From: Flavobacteriales bacterium
Lineage (GTDB): Bacteria; Bacteroidota; Bacteroidia; Flavobacteriales_F; PHOS-HE28
Length of the DNA stretch: 64,000 nt
Direction: 5' to 3'
Assembly (NCBI GenBank): GCA_016713875.1
Contig: JADJOI010000002.1
Span: forward strand, 17,092-81,091
Position 1 is the stretch's first letter. The number at the start of each line of letters is the position of its first letter. Below, in pieces: positions 40,546-53,144 of the stretch. Both the position numbers and the translations under genes were made by a program. Below the pieces are notes generated by a model that saw nothing but the letters and a program-made list of their open reading frames with translations, ran no database searches and was not told the origin of the DNA.

Positions 40546-40961
40546 GGTGTTCCGATGGGGCTGGAACGGCGCGGATCGGGGCATAATGCGGACGCTGGAT
40601 CTTCTGCGCAAGGCCCATCCTTCCTTGGCGCAGGTGTGGGCGTGCTCGCCGGCATGGTCTCCTCGTTGGATCCGCCCACGACTTGGGGCAGCGCATTGAA
40701 CGCGCGCGCTCTGAAGCTCACAGGTGCGCTTCCCAAGAGCAGGAGGTGCCCCTCCGCACATCAGTTGTCGTTCATCGGCAGGGGGCAGGCGACGGCGAGT
40801 TGCCGTGGATGGGGCGGGGTGGCGTTGTGCTCGTAGCGCCTGGTCGCCTGTGCTGTTGAAGTGGTCCCGGCCTGTGCAGGGGGAGCGCGCCATGGATGCC
40901 GTGGGCCGTCCGATCGGGCGAAGCAGCCATGGTCGACCCCCAACCTGGATCGTGGCATGCG

Positions 40962-40980
40962 GAGCCTCCGCCGGAGGCTC
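40962..40980 (-). terminator. hairpin downstream of the SBBP-repeat gene
   Basis: GAGCCTCC-GCC-GGAGGCTC, an 8-bp perfect stem, 16 nt past the stop at 40996-40998. There is no U-tract. Confidence 0.35.
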
Positions 40981-40995
40981 AACCGTTCAACCCCC

Positions 40996-42678
40996 TCACC
41001 ACTTCGCGAAGCGCAGCACCTGGCGGGACATCCCGTCGGTGCGCAACAGGTAGGTGCCCGCGGGCAGGGCGCGGATGTCGAGCGTGCTGATGGCTGCGGT
41101 GAGCGTGCCGCGCAGGAGCGTGCGGCCGAGCGCATCGTGGATCGCGTAGGGCATCGGTGCGGCACCTTGCGTGCGCTGCACAGTGAGGTGATCGGTCGCG
41201 GGATTCGGATGCAGGAGAAGGGGTGTCGAGCCCTGTTCGGTGGCCGATGTGGTGAAGTCGCCGAGCTTGAGCACGAAGGCGTCCTCCGATCCGGCGGATG
41301 GACGAAGTACTTCGCCGATGCCAGGGTCGAAGTCCACCGTGTCCGCGAAGCTTCCGCCGACCACGAAGGAAGCGTCGGGTAGCAGCGCGAAGGCGTTGCC
41401 GCGATCATCACCGGTGCCGCCGATGGTCGCCGCGCTCAGCAGTGCGCCGGTCGGGTCCAACCGGAGGACGAACGCATCGGTGCCACCCAAGGAGGGTGTT
41501 GGTGCCGTGCCCGGGCCGGGATCGAGGTCGGCGGTGCCGGAGAACAGGCCGGTGAGGAAGAGCTGGTCGGTCGTGTCGGTCACCACCTCGTAGCCGCGGT
41601 CCTCCCCGGTGGATCCGATGATCGCCGCGCGCAGGTGGGCGCCGTTCGTATCGAAGGTGTTGATGAAGGCATCAATGCCGCCCACGGCGCTCAGCAGGTC
41701 CATGCCGCCATCGGGGTCGAAGTCCACGGTGTTGGCGAACTGCCCGGCGACATGCACTTCACCGACGCTGTTGACGGCGATGGACCGGCCGGCATCTTCA
41801 CCGGACAGGCCGCCGAAACCCTTCGCCCACACGAAGGCACCGCTCGCCTCGAGCTTGGACACGAAGACGTCCAAGCCGCCGACCGACGTGAGCGTGGCCA
41901 CACCGGCGCCGGGGTCGAGGTCGGCGTCCAGGGCGAAGGTGCCTGTGGTGAGCACGCTCCCCTGGTCGTCCACGGCGATGGCCTCGGCGATGTCCATGCC
42001 GGGTCCGCCCATGGCCGCAGCCCAAAGAAAGGCGCCGTCGGTGTCGAGCTTCAGGACGAAGATGTCGTTGCCACCGGCAGAGGTGAGGGGGACCGAACCC
42101 GGCCCTGGGTCGAAGTCGACCGTGCCCGTGAAATATCCGGCGAGGTGAACGTTGGCGGCCGCGTCCAAGGCGATGGCCTTGCCGTTCTCCAAGGTGGTGC
42201 TGCCGATCGTGGTCGCCCAGAGGAAGTTGCCCGTCGGGTCCAACTTCAGGACGAAAGCATCGAGGATGCCGGCGGGGGAGATGGCGTAGTTGCCCGGGCC
42301 AGGGTCCATGTCGGTGCCGCTCTGGATGTACCCGGTGATGTACGCGTTGCCCGCCGCATCGGCGGCGATGTCGGTGGCCACCTCCTGGGCGACACCGCCG
42401 AAGGCGAACCCGTACACCAGGTCGCCGGAGGGGGTCAGTTTCTGGATGAAGAAATCCGTGGCGCCGTTGGTCGAGTCGGCGAGCACGGCAGGGCCCGGAT
42501 CAAGGTCCAGGCGACCCGTGAACGTGCCTGCGATGTACACATGGCCGGCGGGGTCGGTGGCGAGCTTCGCGGTGCGGTCCACGCCCGCATCGCCCAAGGT
42601 GGACGCCCATTGGAACGGCTGGGCGCGGCCAGCGACCGCCAGTGAACAGCCAAGCAGCGCGCCGAAGAGGGTCTTCAT
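40996..42678 (-). CDS. SBBP beta-propeller-repeat protein with T9SS C-terminal sorting domain
   Basis: Signal peptide MKTLFGALLGCSLAVAGRAQ from ATG 42678. There are about 10 repeats of the type GG.G.D.G..IA.D..GN.Y..G.F.GT.D.DPG. The C-terminus is LHPNPATDHLTV...LPAGTYLLR. Confidence 0.8.
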   Translation of the reverse strand: MKTLFGALLGCSLAVAGRAQPFQWASTLGDAGVDRTAKLATDPAGHVYIAGTFTGRLDLDPGPAVLADSTNGATDFFIQKLTPSGDLVYGFAFGGVAQEVATDIAADAAGNAYITGYIQSGTDMDPGPGNYAISPAGILDAFVLKLDPTGNFLWATTIGSTTLENGKAIALDAAANVHLAGYFTGTVDFDPGPGSVPLTSAGGNDIFVLKLDTDGAFLWAAAMGGPGMDIAEAIAVDDQGSVLTTGTFALDADLDPGAGVATLTSVGGLDVFVSKLEASGAFVWAKGFGGLSGEDAGRSIAVNSVGEVHVAGQFANTVDFDPDGGMDLLSAVGGIDAFINTFDTNGAHLRAAIIGSTGEDRGYEVVTDTTDQLFLTGLFSGTADLDPGPGTAPTPSLGGTDAFVLRLDPTGALLSAATIGGTGDDRGNAFALLPDASFVVGGSFADTVDFDPGIGEVLRPSAGSEDAFVLKLGDFTTSATEQGSTPLLLHPNPATDHLTVQRTQGAAPMPYAIHDALGRTLLRGTLTAAISTLDIRALPAGTYLLRTDGMSRQVLRFAKW

Positions 42679-42812
42679 GATGGGAACGACCTGTGTGTAG
42701 CGATCGCACGATGAAGATAACGACATCGCCTGAACAGATAGGCTGCTCGGGCGAATACCTGAGTCGCGGACCGGTGGGATAAGCGGGCCCCGGATACGGA
42801 TGGCCTGGCTCC

Positions 42813-45188
42813 CTATGGGGCCAGCACACAAAGCCTGCCCCGCGCCAGGGTGCCCGCCCCGGCGATCAGCCTGCAGGTGTAAAGCCCGGGGGCGAGCTGG
42901 GCGGTGGCGAGGTCGAAGCGGCCCGTGCGACCCTGAACCGGGCGTTCGTGCACCACGGCCCCGCGCCCATCCTCCAGGCGCCACACGGCCTGCGTGGAGC
43001 CTTCGGGAAGCGACCACAGCACCGAAGTGGACATGGTGGCGGGTGACGGATGGCATTGAGTGGTGGCGCCGGCGACGGTGCTCTCGGCGATCCCGGTCCA
43101 CACCGCACCGGTGATGATCACGGACACATCGTCGAGGTAGAAGCCGTCATAGGTGAAGTTGTCCTCACTGCGCAGGCGGAAGTTGAGGTGCAGGGGCCCG
43201 CCCACGAAGTCGTCGAGCAGGAGGCGCTCGCGCGTCCAATCGGTGCGTTTGCCATCGTACACGGGCTCATCATCGATCTGGGTCACGGATCCCGGCCGTG
43301 AATAGGTGCCGCACAGGGTGGTCCACGAGACGCCATCGGCGCTGGCCTCCACCTGCACATGGTCCAGCTCGCTCTGCAGGGTCCAGCGCGTCATGAACTC
43401 CAACGTGGCGGTGGAGGCGAGCGTGAGGTTGATCGGTGTGGTGAGGCCCCACGGGTTGTCCTCCAGATCGAAGTGGTTGCTCAGTGGGCTGTCCGTGAAC
43501 GAGGCGGGCGGTGAGCTCCAATCCTCGCTGGTCACGGCCCATCCGCCTGCCCAAGCATCGTCCGTGCTGGCGTCGTCGCTGAAGGCGGTGAGCGGTACAC
43601 CATGGATGCGTTCGATCGTATCGCGGAGAAGGAGGCCGTCGGCATCGAGCACGAGCACATAGCTGAACACATCGCCGTCGGTGAGCAGCGGATCGAGCGT
43701 GAGCCCGATGGTGCTGGTCACGGTCTCCAGCGTATCCAGTCCGGTGAAGGTCTGCGGGGCGCCGACGGCCACCACGTTGGTCAGCGGTTCCACCGACACC
43801 GTGCAAGGACCATCCTGCAGGCCGAGGCGTTGCAGCGTGAAGGTGACATCGGGCGTGCTGCCTGCGGCCACACGCGGGCTCACGTCCTTCGCTTCGGCAT
43901 AGGCGCCGGCGAAGAGGGCGAGCAGGAGGTTCTGTTCCATGTTGGCCTGCGCGAGGGGCACGATGCGGTCGGGCGCGGGCCAGAAGCCGTCCACGTAGGT
44001 GCCTGTCTCGGGCACGTAACCGAAGATCTTCGGTTTGGCCAGCTGCTCGCCGTAGCTCCAGTCGGTGGCGCTGCCATTGGCCAGATAGTAGAGCGCCTCC
44101 AGGGTGGTTCCGAAGTGGAACCCGTTATCCACGGTCATGCGTTGCGCATAGGTCCGGAACACGTCCCCGTCCGGCGTCTGGCCGCTGCTGTGCCCCCAGG
44201 GGTAGAGCAGGAAGTGACCGCGCGTGTGGTGGCTGTGCTGCGTGGCGAACTGGCGCCCGATGATGAAGTCGCGCATCGCCTGCGTCTCGGGCTCGCTGAA
44301 GGCGGACGGACCGCGATAGACATCGCTGAAGGGGTCGGGTGAGGAGCCGTCGTCGTCGATGCCCCAGGCCAGGCCGTAGTTGCGGTTGAGGTCCACGCCG
44401 AAGGAGCCGTCGCCGTTGTCGCGCCGGTTCTTGCGCCACATGCCCCCGCCGAAGGGGTCGGTGGTCTCGTTGTACACATAGCCATCGGGGTTCACGCAGG
44501 GCACGAAGTAGAGCTCACGCGTGTCCACGATGTGGGTGATCAGCGGGTCGGTGCCGTACCGCTCCAGCAGGGACCACATGAAGTACAGCATCTGCATGGC
44601 GCTTTCAGGTTCACGCGCATGGTGGAGCGCATCGTAGAGCACCTCGGGCTTGGCCTGATCCACGTTGGGGTCGTTGCTGATGCGCAGGACGTGGATCGGC
44701 CGTCCCTCGTGCGAGGTGCCGATGCTGACCTTCGGGGAGATGAGGGTGGGATGCTGGGCGACCATGAGGTCGAGCTGGTCCTGCATCTCCTGCCAGGTGA
44801 GGAATCCGCCCATGCTGCCGGTGGTGAACTGCGCGGGCACCGGATGTGCGACACTGCCCGGGCAGCCGGGATCACCGAACGACCGCTGCATGCTGGGGGA
44901 TGTTGCGGCGCGTTCCGCGTAATAGGCGCTGACATCATCGATCCCGATACGCACCGCGAAGCCGGCCCCGCGTGCGAGATCAAGGTCGCGCGCGCTGAAG
45001 TCCCCGTGGATCGCGCCTTCCGGGTCCACGTGCGTGTGGTCCAGACAGATGCCGAGGGACTGCAGGGTGGACACGTCGGACCGGCCGTGCACCGTGATCG
45101 TAGCGCGGGCATGGGAGGCGGGCTCCTGCGCAATGAGGGGAGATGCGCTCAGGATGAGCAGGGCCGGGGTGAGCAGACGCGTGATCAT
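42813..45188 (-). CDS. M14-family zinc carboxypeptidase with T9SS C-terminal sorting domain
   Basis: Signal peptide MITRLLTPALLILSASPLIAQ. Zn-binding ALHHAREPES, DLNRNYG and HSHHTRGHFLLYPWG motifs. CTD-like C-terminus ...LAPGLYTCRL. Confidence 0.85.
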   Translation of the reverse strand: MITRLLTPALLILSASPLIAQEPASHARATITVHGRSDVSTLQSLGICLDHTHVDPEGAIHGDFSARDLDLARGAGFAVRIGIDDVSAYYAERAATSPSMQRSFGDPGCPGSVAHPVPAQFTTGSMGGFLTWQEMQDQLDLMVAQHPTLISPKVSIGTSHEGRPIHVLRISNDPNVDQAKPEVLYDALHHAREPESAMQMLYFMWSLLERYGTDPLITHIVDTRELYFVPCVNPDGYVYNETTDPFGGGMWRKNRRDNGDGSFGVDLNRNYGLAWGIDDDGSSPDPFSDVYRGPSAFSEPETQAMRDFIIGRQFATQHSHHTRGHFLLYPWGHSSGQTPDGDVFRTYAQRMTVDNGFHFGTTLEALYYLANGSATDWSYGEQLAKPKIFGYVPETGTYVDGFWPAPDRIVPLAQANMEQNLLLALFAGAYAEAKDVSPRVAAGSTPDVTFTLQRLGLQDGPCTVSVEPLTNVVAVGAPQTFTGLDTLETVTSTIGLTLDPLLTDGDVFSYVLVLDADGLLLRDTIERIHGVPLTAFSDDASTDDAWAGGWAVTSEDWSSPPASFTDSPLSNHFDLEDNPWGLTTPINLTLASTATLEFMTRWTLQSELDHVQVEASADGVSWTTLCGTYSRPGSVTQIDDEPVYDGKRTDWTRERLLLDDFVGGPLHLNFRLRSEDNFTYDGFYLDDVSVIITGAVWTGIAESTVAGATTQCHPSPATMSTSVLWSLPEGSTQAVWRLEDGRGAVVHERPVQGRTGRFDLATAQLAPGLYTCRLIAGAGTLARGRLCVLAP

Positions 45189-45277
45189 CGGTCCGAAGGG
45201 AATTGGTGCCGGAAGGTAGCCTGCAGCGCACCCTGCGGAGCAAGCTGTATCGGGCTGAACGTGGAAGGCTGAGGCGC

Positions 45278-46741
45278 TTACTGCGCGAACCATGCCCTTA
45301 TACCCTCGCGACCACGCGAGGCGGAGCGCACGAGGTACGCGCCGGGCGCCACCATGCGTGTGCTGCCTGCGGAGAGGGTGAAGTGCTCCAGCGACCTCCC
45401 GCTCATGTCGTACAGCGTGATGGACACGCTGCCCTGACCGGTCCAGGTGATCCGGTCACCGCTCAGCAGCAGGTCATGCTCCGCCGCTCCTTCATCGACG
45501 CCGGTGAGCGTACACGGGGGCAGCGCGTGCTGCAGCAGAGCCCCGTACACATCCTCCTCCACGCCATAGAAGGCGCTGTTGGTGCCGAACTGGTAGGCAT
45601 TTCCTGGCGTGTAGCCGTTGGTGATGAACACGAGACCGAATCCGGAGGAGAGGTCCACGTACAGGTCGCTGATGAGGCCATAGGCTTCACCGGCATGGCC
45701 GAAGAAGGCGGTCTGTGGGAAGACCACATCACCACCGGGTTGGGCGGTGATGCGATGCACGCCGAGCCCCCAGGAGCGGAAGAGGCCGTAGTAGTTGTCG
45801 CCGTTGCTCCCGTCCCAGGTCCATTCGTCGCCGAGCATCAAGGCCAGGGTGGCGGGTTGCAGGAGGATGGTGCCGTCGTACGTGCCTTCATTGGCGAGCA
45901 GGATCGCGAAGCGTGCCAGCTCCAAGGCGCTCACGCGGAGGCCGCCCTGCGGGGCGAAGAAGAGGCCGTTGGTGCCGATGACGTACTGGCTGAGGTCGGG
46001 TGCCGGCGGCATCACCCCGCCGAAGTTGTCGGACTGTGGGGTGCTGTTGCGGTAGAGCGCGGCGAGGTCGGCGACGCCGGGCAGGTCCTGCACGTTGTAA
46101 CTGCCATGGATGCCAAGGGGCAGAAGCACCTGTTGCCGCATGTACAGGTCGAACCGCTGTCCGCTCAGCGCTTCGACCAGCGTACCGATGATGCCATAGT
46201 TCGCGTTGCTGTAGGCGAAATAGCTGCCAGGCGCCTCGGTGCGCCACATGTTGGCCGTGTACCAGTCGCCCCCGGGCAGGGCCAGTTCGCTGATGGGTGG
46301 AGGGGGCGTGGTGCCGTATGTCGCGCTCTGGAAATCGCCATAGCCTGTTCCATCCTGGAAGCTGCTACGGTGGCTCAGCAGCATACGGTAGGTGATGGGC
46401 ACCGACGGATGAGCGGGGTTCCGGAAGGTGAAGCCCAGTGCGATGCTCACATCGTCATCCAGACCGAAGGCGCCCTGCTCGCACAACCGCATGAGCCCGA
46501 TGGCAGTGACGAGCTTGCTGATGCTGGCGATGCGGTACCGGGTGCTGTCGTCCACATCGAGGTTGAGCGCGAGGTCGCGCTTGCCGGTGTGCACCACGTC
46601 CTGCACGGCGGTGCCACAGGTGGTGACCACGCTCATGCCCACCAGGCCGTTCGCCGTTGCCACGGACTGGAGCTGCTGGTCGAGGGTCTGGCCGACGGCG
46701 ATACCCGGCAGCAGGGAGAGCCCGAGGAGGGGAATGCGCAT
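45278..46741 (-). CDS. serine hydrolase (class C beta-lactamase/PBP-like) with T9SS C-terminal sorting domain
   Basis: SxxK motif (IASISK), YxN motif (YSNANY) and a HAG-type third motif. The C-terminus is ITLYDMSGRSL...APGAYLVR. Confidence 0.8.
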   Translation of the reverse strand: MRIPLLGLSLLPGIAVGQTLDQQLQSVATANGLVGMSVVTTCGTAVQDVVHTGKRDLALNLDVDDSTRYRIASISKLVTAIGLMRLCEQGAFGLDDDVSIALGFTFRNPAHPSVPITYRMLLSHRSSFQDGTGYGDFQSATYGTTPPPPISELALPGGDWYTANMWRTEAPGSYFAYSNANYGIIGTLVEALSGQRFDLYMRQQVLLPLGIHGSYNVQDLPGVADLAALYRNSTPQSDNFGGVMPPAPDLSQYVIGTNGLFFAPQGGLRVSALELARFAILLANEGTYDGTILLQPATLALMLGDEWTWDGSNGDNYYGLFRSWGLGVHRITAQPGGDVVFPQTAFFGHAGEAYGLISDLYVDLSSGFGLVFITNGYTPGNAYQFGTNSAFYGVEEDVYGALLQHALPPCTLTGVDEGAAEHDLLLSGDRITWTGQGSVSITLYDMSGRSLEHFTLSAGSTRMVAPGAYLVRSASRGREGIRAWFAQ

Positions 46742-46914
46742 TGGACCGAAGGTATCGGTCCGTGGTGCACGGCAGGTGCAGCGCCGGAGGTGGGGGTGGT
46801 GCGTCGCGCAGGGTCGCGATCGGCCGAAGGTCGATCCAGGGGAGGGCGTAGCGGGTAGGTGTACCTGAAGGACGCCTGCTCCCGCGGCACGGCCGGGATC
46901 ACGAACTTCGGCCC

Positions 46915-47412
46915 ATGCCCGAAGCGGAGCGGATGGACCGCAGTTGGTTCAAGGGGACCGTCGTGGTCTACGGACTGGCCATGGCCCTGCTGGTGGCCGT
47001 GCTGAAGTACGTGGAGTACCGCTACCTGCTCCGTGACCTTGGTGTTGAGGTGTACGTGGGGGTGGTGGCGGTGCTGTGCACGGCGCTGGGGGTCTGGCTG
47101 GGTGCGCGGATGTTGGCCGCACGCCCGGGCCGCCGCGAGCAACCGTCGGGATCGGCTTCCCCTGGCGCCAGCGTGAGCGCTTCGACCTGGGAGGCGGATG
47201 GTGAACGGGTCCGCCGCAGCGGCCCGAGCGGTCGTGAACTGGAGGTGCTGAGGTTGATCGCCGAAGGGCGCTCCAACCAGGAGATCGCCGACCGCCTGTT
47301 CATCTCCCTCCCCACCGTGAAGTCGCACACCTCCAACCTCTTCGGCAAGTTGGACGTGCGGCGTCGCACCGAGGCCGTACACAAGGCCAAATCCCTGGGG
47401 CTCATCCCTTGA
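46915..47412 (+). CDS. membrane-anchored LuxR-family HTH regulator
   Basis: Two N-terminal TM helices, then [44 protein letters not shown]. Confidence 0.8.
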   Translation: MPEAERMDRSWFKGTVVVYGLAMALLVAVLKYVEYRYLLRDLGVEVYVGVVAVLCTALGVWLGARMLAARPGRREQPSGSASPGASVSASTWEADGERVRRSGPSGRELEVLRLIAEGRSNQEIADRLFISLPTVKSHTSNLFGKLDVRRRTEAVHKAKSLGLIP

Positions 47413-47522
47413 GCCGACCTCATTCCTTGGTATGGATCTCCGCTCGTGCGCCGTGATCCCTACCGAAGGATGAGGGCCGGGGGCCGGGAACAGGCGTGCT
47501 TCGCCGAAAACCGAACAACAGC

Positions 47523-48059
47523 ATGGAACGGATCATTCTGACCTACGGCATCATCGCGGGCGTCATCGTCTCGGCCATGATGTGGATCACCCTCGGCGAC
47601 GGCAAGCACGACTTCGAGAACGGCGAACTGATCGGCTACACCACGATGGTGATCGCCCTCAGCGCCATCTTCTTCGGGGTCCGCACATACCGGGACAAGC
47701 ACCTCGGTGGCGGGATCACCTTCGGTCGGGCTTTCCTCATCGGCCTATCCATCACCGTGGTGGCCTCCACGCTGTACGTCGCTTCGTGGATGATCATGAG
47801 CGCCACGATGGAGCAGGACTTCATGGCCAGCTATATGGAGCACACCCGGTCGAAGCTGGAGCGCGATGGTGCTTCGGCGGAGGAGGTCGATGCGCAGATG
47901 GAGGAGATGCGGGTCTTCGGAGAGCTGTACAAGAACCCGTTGGTGAAGATCGGCTTCACGTACCTGGAGATCCTGCCGGTGGGCCTGCTTGTGAGCCTCC
48001 TGTGCGCGGCGATGTTGAAGCGCAAGGCTCCTGAAAGCGGGCAATGGACCCCCTTCTGA
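47523..48059 (+). CDS. DUF4199-family membrane protein
   Basis: MERIILTYGIIAGVIVSAMMWI..., four TM helices and a central amphipathic insert. ATG 47523 is preferred over GTG 47496. Confidence 0.65.
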   Translation: MERIILTYGIIAGVIVSAMMWITLGDGKHDFENGELIGYTTMVIALSAIFFGVRTYRDKHLGGGITFGRAFLIGLSITVVASTLYVASWMIMSATMEQDFMASYMEHTRSKLERDGASAEEVDAQMEEMRVFGELYKNPLVKIGFTYLEILPVGLLVSLLCAAMLKRKAPESGQWTPF

Positions 48060-48147
48060 CAGGATCTCCGATCGTGCCGCCCAGGGGTGGGGATCTCCAC
48101 TGCGGGCCTTATCCCGGTGTCGCGGAAGTGAACCGTGTGGCGTACGA

Positions 48148-49071
48148 TCACACCCCCACCGGCACCACATCGCTTACCATGGTGCGGAAGCGTCGTGGCA
48201 CGGCACAGGTGATCGCGTCCGCCAGTGCATTGAGCGCTTTCCGACGAACAAAGGGTTTGCGCACCACCAACACCACCTCGCGCACGGGTTCGGGGGCCTC
48301 GAAGCGCCCCACGTTCTTCTCGTCCGGTCCCACCGAGAGCTCGGGCACCAGGGTGATGCCGCTGCCGCTCGATACCATGCGCTTGAGCGTTTCGATGCTC
48401 CCGGTGCTGTAGTGGATGTTGTCGTGCCCCGCCGCACTGGGCTGCTGGCACACACGCAGCACCTGGTCGCGCAGGCAATGGCCCTCGCTCAGCACCCACA
48501 GCGGTGCCCTGCGCAGGTCCTTCGCGGTGATGCGCCTGCGCTTCAGCAGGGCATGGCCCTCGGGCAGGTAGGCCAAGAAGGGCTCGTGGAAGAGGGTGAT
48601 GGCCTCGAGGTCGTCGCTTTCAACCGGGCCGGCGAGGATGCCGATATCGAGCTGGCCGCTGCGCAGCGCCTTCAGGATGCGGCCGGTGGTGCGCTCATCG
48701 ATCGCCAGCCGGGCCTCCGGGTGCGCCTCCGCGAAGCGCGCCAGGAACAAGGGCAGCAGGTAGGGCGCCAGTGTGGGCAGGATACCGATGCGATAGGTGC
48801 CCGTGGTGCCCGTGCGCAGCTCTTTCACCAGGTCCTTCAGCTGACCGGCCTCGCGCAGCACCACACGTGCCTGGTCGATCAACGCGGCGCCCTCGCCAGT
48901 GGGTCGGGCGGGCTGGGCCTTGCGCTGGAAGATGGTGACGCCCAGCTCGTCCTCGAGCTTGCGCACCATCATGGTGAGGGTAGGCTGCGTGACGTGGCAG
49001 TGGCGCGCGGCCTTGCTGAACTGGCCGGTGTCGGCCACGGCCACGATGTAATGGAGCTGCTGCAGGGTCAT
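48148..49071 (-). CDS. oxyR: LysR-family hydrogen peroxide-inducible activator
   Basis: HTH MTLQQLHYIVAVADTGQFSKAARHCHVTQPTLTMMVRKLEDELG. Contains a Cys in SEGHCLRDQV (the redox Cys context). It is divergent from katG. Confidence 0.8.
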   Translation of the reverse strand: MTLQQLHYIVAVADTGQFSKAARHCHVTQPTLTMMVRKLEDELGVTIFQRKAQPARPTGEGAALIDQARVVLREAGQLKDLVKELRTGTTGTYRIGILPTLAPYLLPLFLARFAEAHPEARLAIDERTTGRILKALRSGQLDIGILAGPVESDDLEAITLFHEPFLAYLPEGHALLKRRRITAKDLRRAPLWVLSEGHCLRDQVLRVCQQPSAAGHDNIHYSTGSIETLKRMVSSGSGITLVPELSVGPDEKNVGRFEAPEPVREVVLVVRKPFVRRKALNALADAITCAVPRRFRTMVSDVVPVGV

Positions 49072-49116
49072 TCGATGCTGTCGATACAGGCATCGAAACT
49101 ATCGAAACCGTCGATG
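49072..49116. promoter_or_regulatory. candidate OxyR operator: five TCGA-core half-sites at helical spacing
   Basis: TTCGATgctgTCGATacaggcATCGAaactATCGAaaccgTCGAT. The cores lie at 49072, 49081, 49093, 49102 and 49111 (spacings 9, 12, 9, 9). Confidence 0.5.
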
Positions 49117-49132
49117 ATGCCCGTCAGGGTAG

Positions 49133-51454
<2,322 letters not shown>

Positions 51455-51475
51455 GCGGGATCGGGAGCTGAACGT

Positions 51476-51507
51476 GGAGAAGGCGGTCCGCAGGGGCCGC
51501 CTTCTCC
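51476..51507 (+). terminator. hairpin after katG
   Basis: 11-bp perfect stem GGAGAAGGCGG / CCGCCTTCTCC with a 10-nt loop, 22 nt after the stop. There is no clear U-tract. Confidence 0.5.
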
Positions 51508-51561
51508 GCTTCGTCCGGCGGTGGAGCGGACCGGATCGCCGGAAGGGATCGATCTTCGTGC

Positions 51562-53064
51562 ATGCGCGCAGCGCTGATCAACGGTGCGGGTGACCTGGGC
51601 GGACGTGGACGGATCGGGATCGTCCTCGTGGGCACGCTGGTGCGCGCGTGGTTCGGTTGGTCGCACCAGCTGTGGGAACTGGCCCCGGACCAGGCCGCCT
51701 GGGACCTGGCGTTGGCCGATGTGGCCCGCCACGGTCTGCCCGGGTTCAAGCACCTGATCCACTATCCGCACGAAGGCGGGTCACTGCCGTTATCGCTGCT
51801 CGCCTTGCTCTGTGCGGTGATCCCGGGGCCGGTGCCACCCCTGAGCTGGGCGGCCTTGCTCGTGGACGCGCTGGTCCGGTATCTCCAGATCGGCTGGGCC
51901 GCCCGCTTGTTCGGGCCGCGCACGGGGCTGGTCTTTGGCGTGTGGACCGTGCTGGCCGTTCCGGCGATGCTGCCGTGGGCCACGGTGAACTTCGGGCTGC
52001 ATGCCTTGATGGCGTTCGCGCCGTTCGCCGTGGCCGTGATGCTGAAGGAAGGTGCCAGGCCCTTCCGCACGGGTCTGGTGATCGGCGGCCTGGCGTGCCT
52101 GGCCTATGACGTGTGGGTGCTGCTGCCGGCCTGCATGGCGTGGTCGCTGATGGTGGATCGCGGACGCTCCCCCCGAGCCTGGGCCGCCCTGCTCGCCGGT
52201 GCGGTCCTGGCCTTCCTTCCCCATGCCCTCGTGCGGCTCACCGTCGACCAGGGATTCGGACTGGAGCAGTGGGCAACGCTGTCGGTGCGTGGTGCGGAAC
52301 GATCGGAACTGGACCCACGCGACTGGCCCGTGCGGTTCGTATCGATCTGGGCGGATGTGATACCGGGTTCGTTCACCATGGGCCCCGTGACCGACCCCGA
52401 GGTGCGCACGATCGCGTGGTGCGTGCTTCCCGCGCTCTTCGTCGGAACGGCGGTCTCGCTGATGCGTTCCGGGCGAGCCGCCGCCGCGGCCGGTGCCTTC
52501 GTGCTCGCGTTCACCGCGGCCATGGCCGTGCTGCCCTTGTTCACCATCCGGGCCGATGGCGCCGGGATCATCCACTACCGGTACGTTCCCTTCATCCTGC
52601 CCCTGCTCGCCCTGCTGGTGGTGGACGGAGCGCACAGGATGGGGCGGTGGTGGAAGGGCGTGGCGTTGGCCTGGGTGACGGGGTGTGCGGCGCTCTCCAT
52701 CGCGTACATGGCCCGTACCCCGGTGGCGGCCCGTACGAACGATGAGGCCACGGGCTGGGTGCTGGGCCGCAAGTATGGCGAGCGGCCCGGCGACCTCCTG
52801 CGGATGATGTCGCTGCTGGATCCCGATCGACGGCCGCACTTCCTCCGGGGCTGCGGCTGGGGCACCGCGGCGGCATTGTTCGACGGACGAGGTTCATGGG
52901 ACCGGGAGGCGATCGAGCGTGGCCGCGCCCTGCTGTCCGCCTACCCATCCGAGGCACAGGCCGAGGTGTGGCCCGGGGTGGAGCGGGCCTTCGACCCCGC
53001 GGTGACGCCGCGGCTGGACCCTGCGATCCTTGAGGCGATCCGCGTGCAGGCGCCAAGGCGGTAA
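51562..53064 (+). CDS. polytopic membrane protein, unknown function (GT-C/ArnT-like topology possible)
   Basis: 500 aa with about 10 hydrophobic helices followed by a soluble C-terminal domain. I recognised no motif. Confidence 0.5.
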   Translation: MRAALINGAGDLGGRGRIGIVLVGTLVRAWFGWSHQLWELAPDQAAWDLALADVARHGLPGFKHLIHYPHEGGSLPLSLLALLCAVIPGPVPPLSWAALLVDALVRYLQIGWAARLFGPRTGLVFGVWTVLAVPAMLPWATVNFGLHALMAFAPFAVAVMLKEGARPFRTGLVIGGLACLAYDVWVLLPACMAWSLMVDRGRSPRAWAALLAGAVLAFLPHALVRLTVDQGFGLEQWATLSVRGAERSELDPRDWPVRFVSIWADVIPGSFTMGPVTDPEVRTIAWCVLPALFVGTAVSLMRSGRAAAAAGAFVLAFTAAMAVLPLFTIRADGAGIIHYRYVPFILPLLALLVVDGAHRMGRWWKGVALAWVTGCAALSIAYMARTPVAARTNDEATGWVLGRKYGERPGDLLRMMSLLDPDRRPHFLRGCGWGTAAALFDGRGSWDREAIERGRALLSAYPSEAQAEVWPGVERAFDPAVTPRLDPAILEAIRVQAPRR

Positions 53065-53144
53065 GGTCCGTCCCGCGGATGTCGAGCCCGCGAGCGGAGA
53101 TCCCCCAGCACGCCATGGACCGCCTGCACTACCTTGATCATCGA

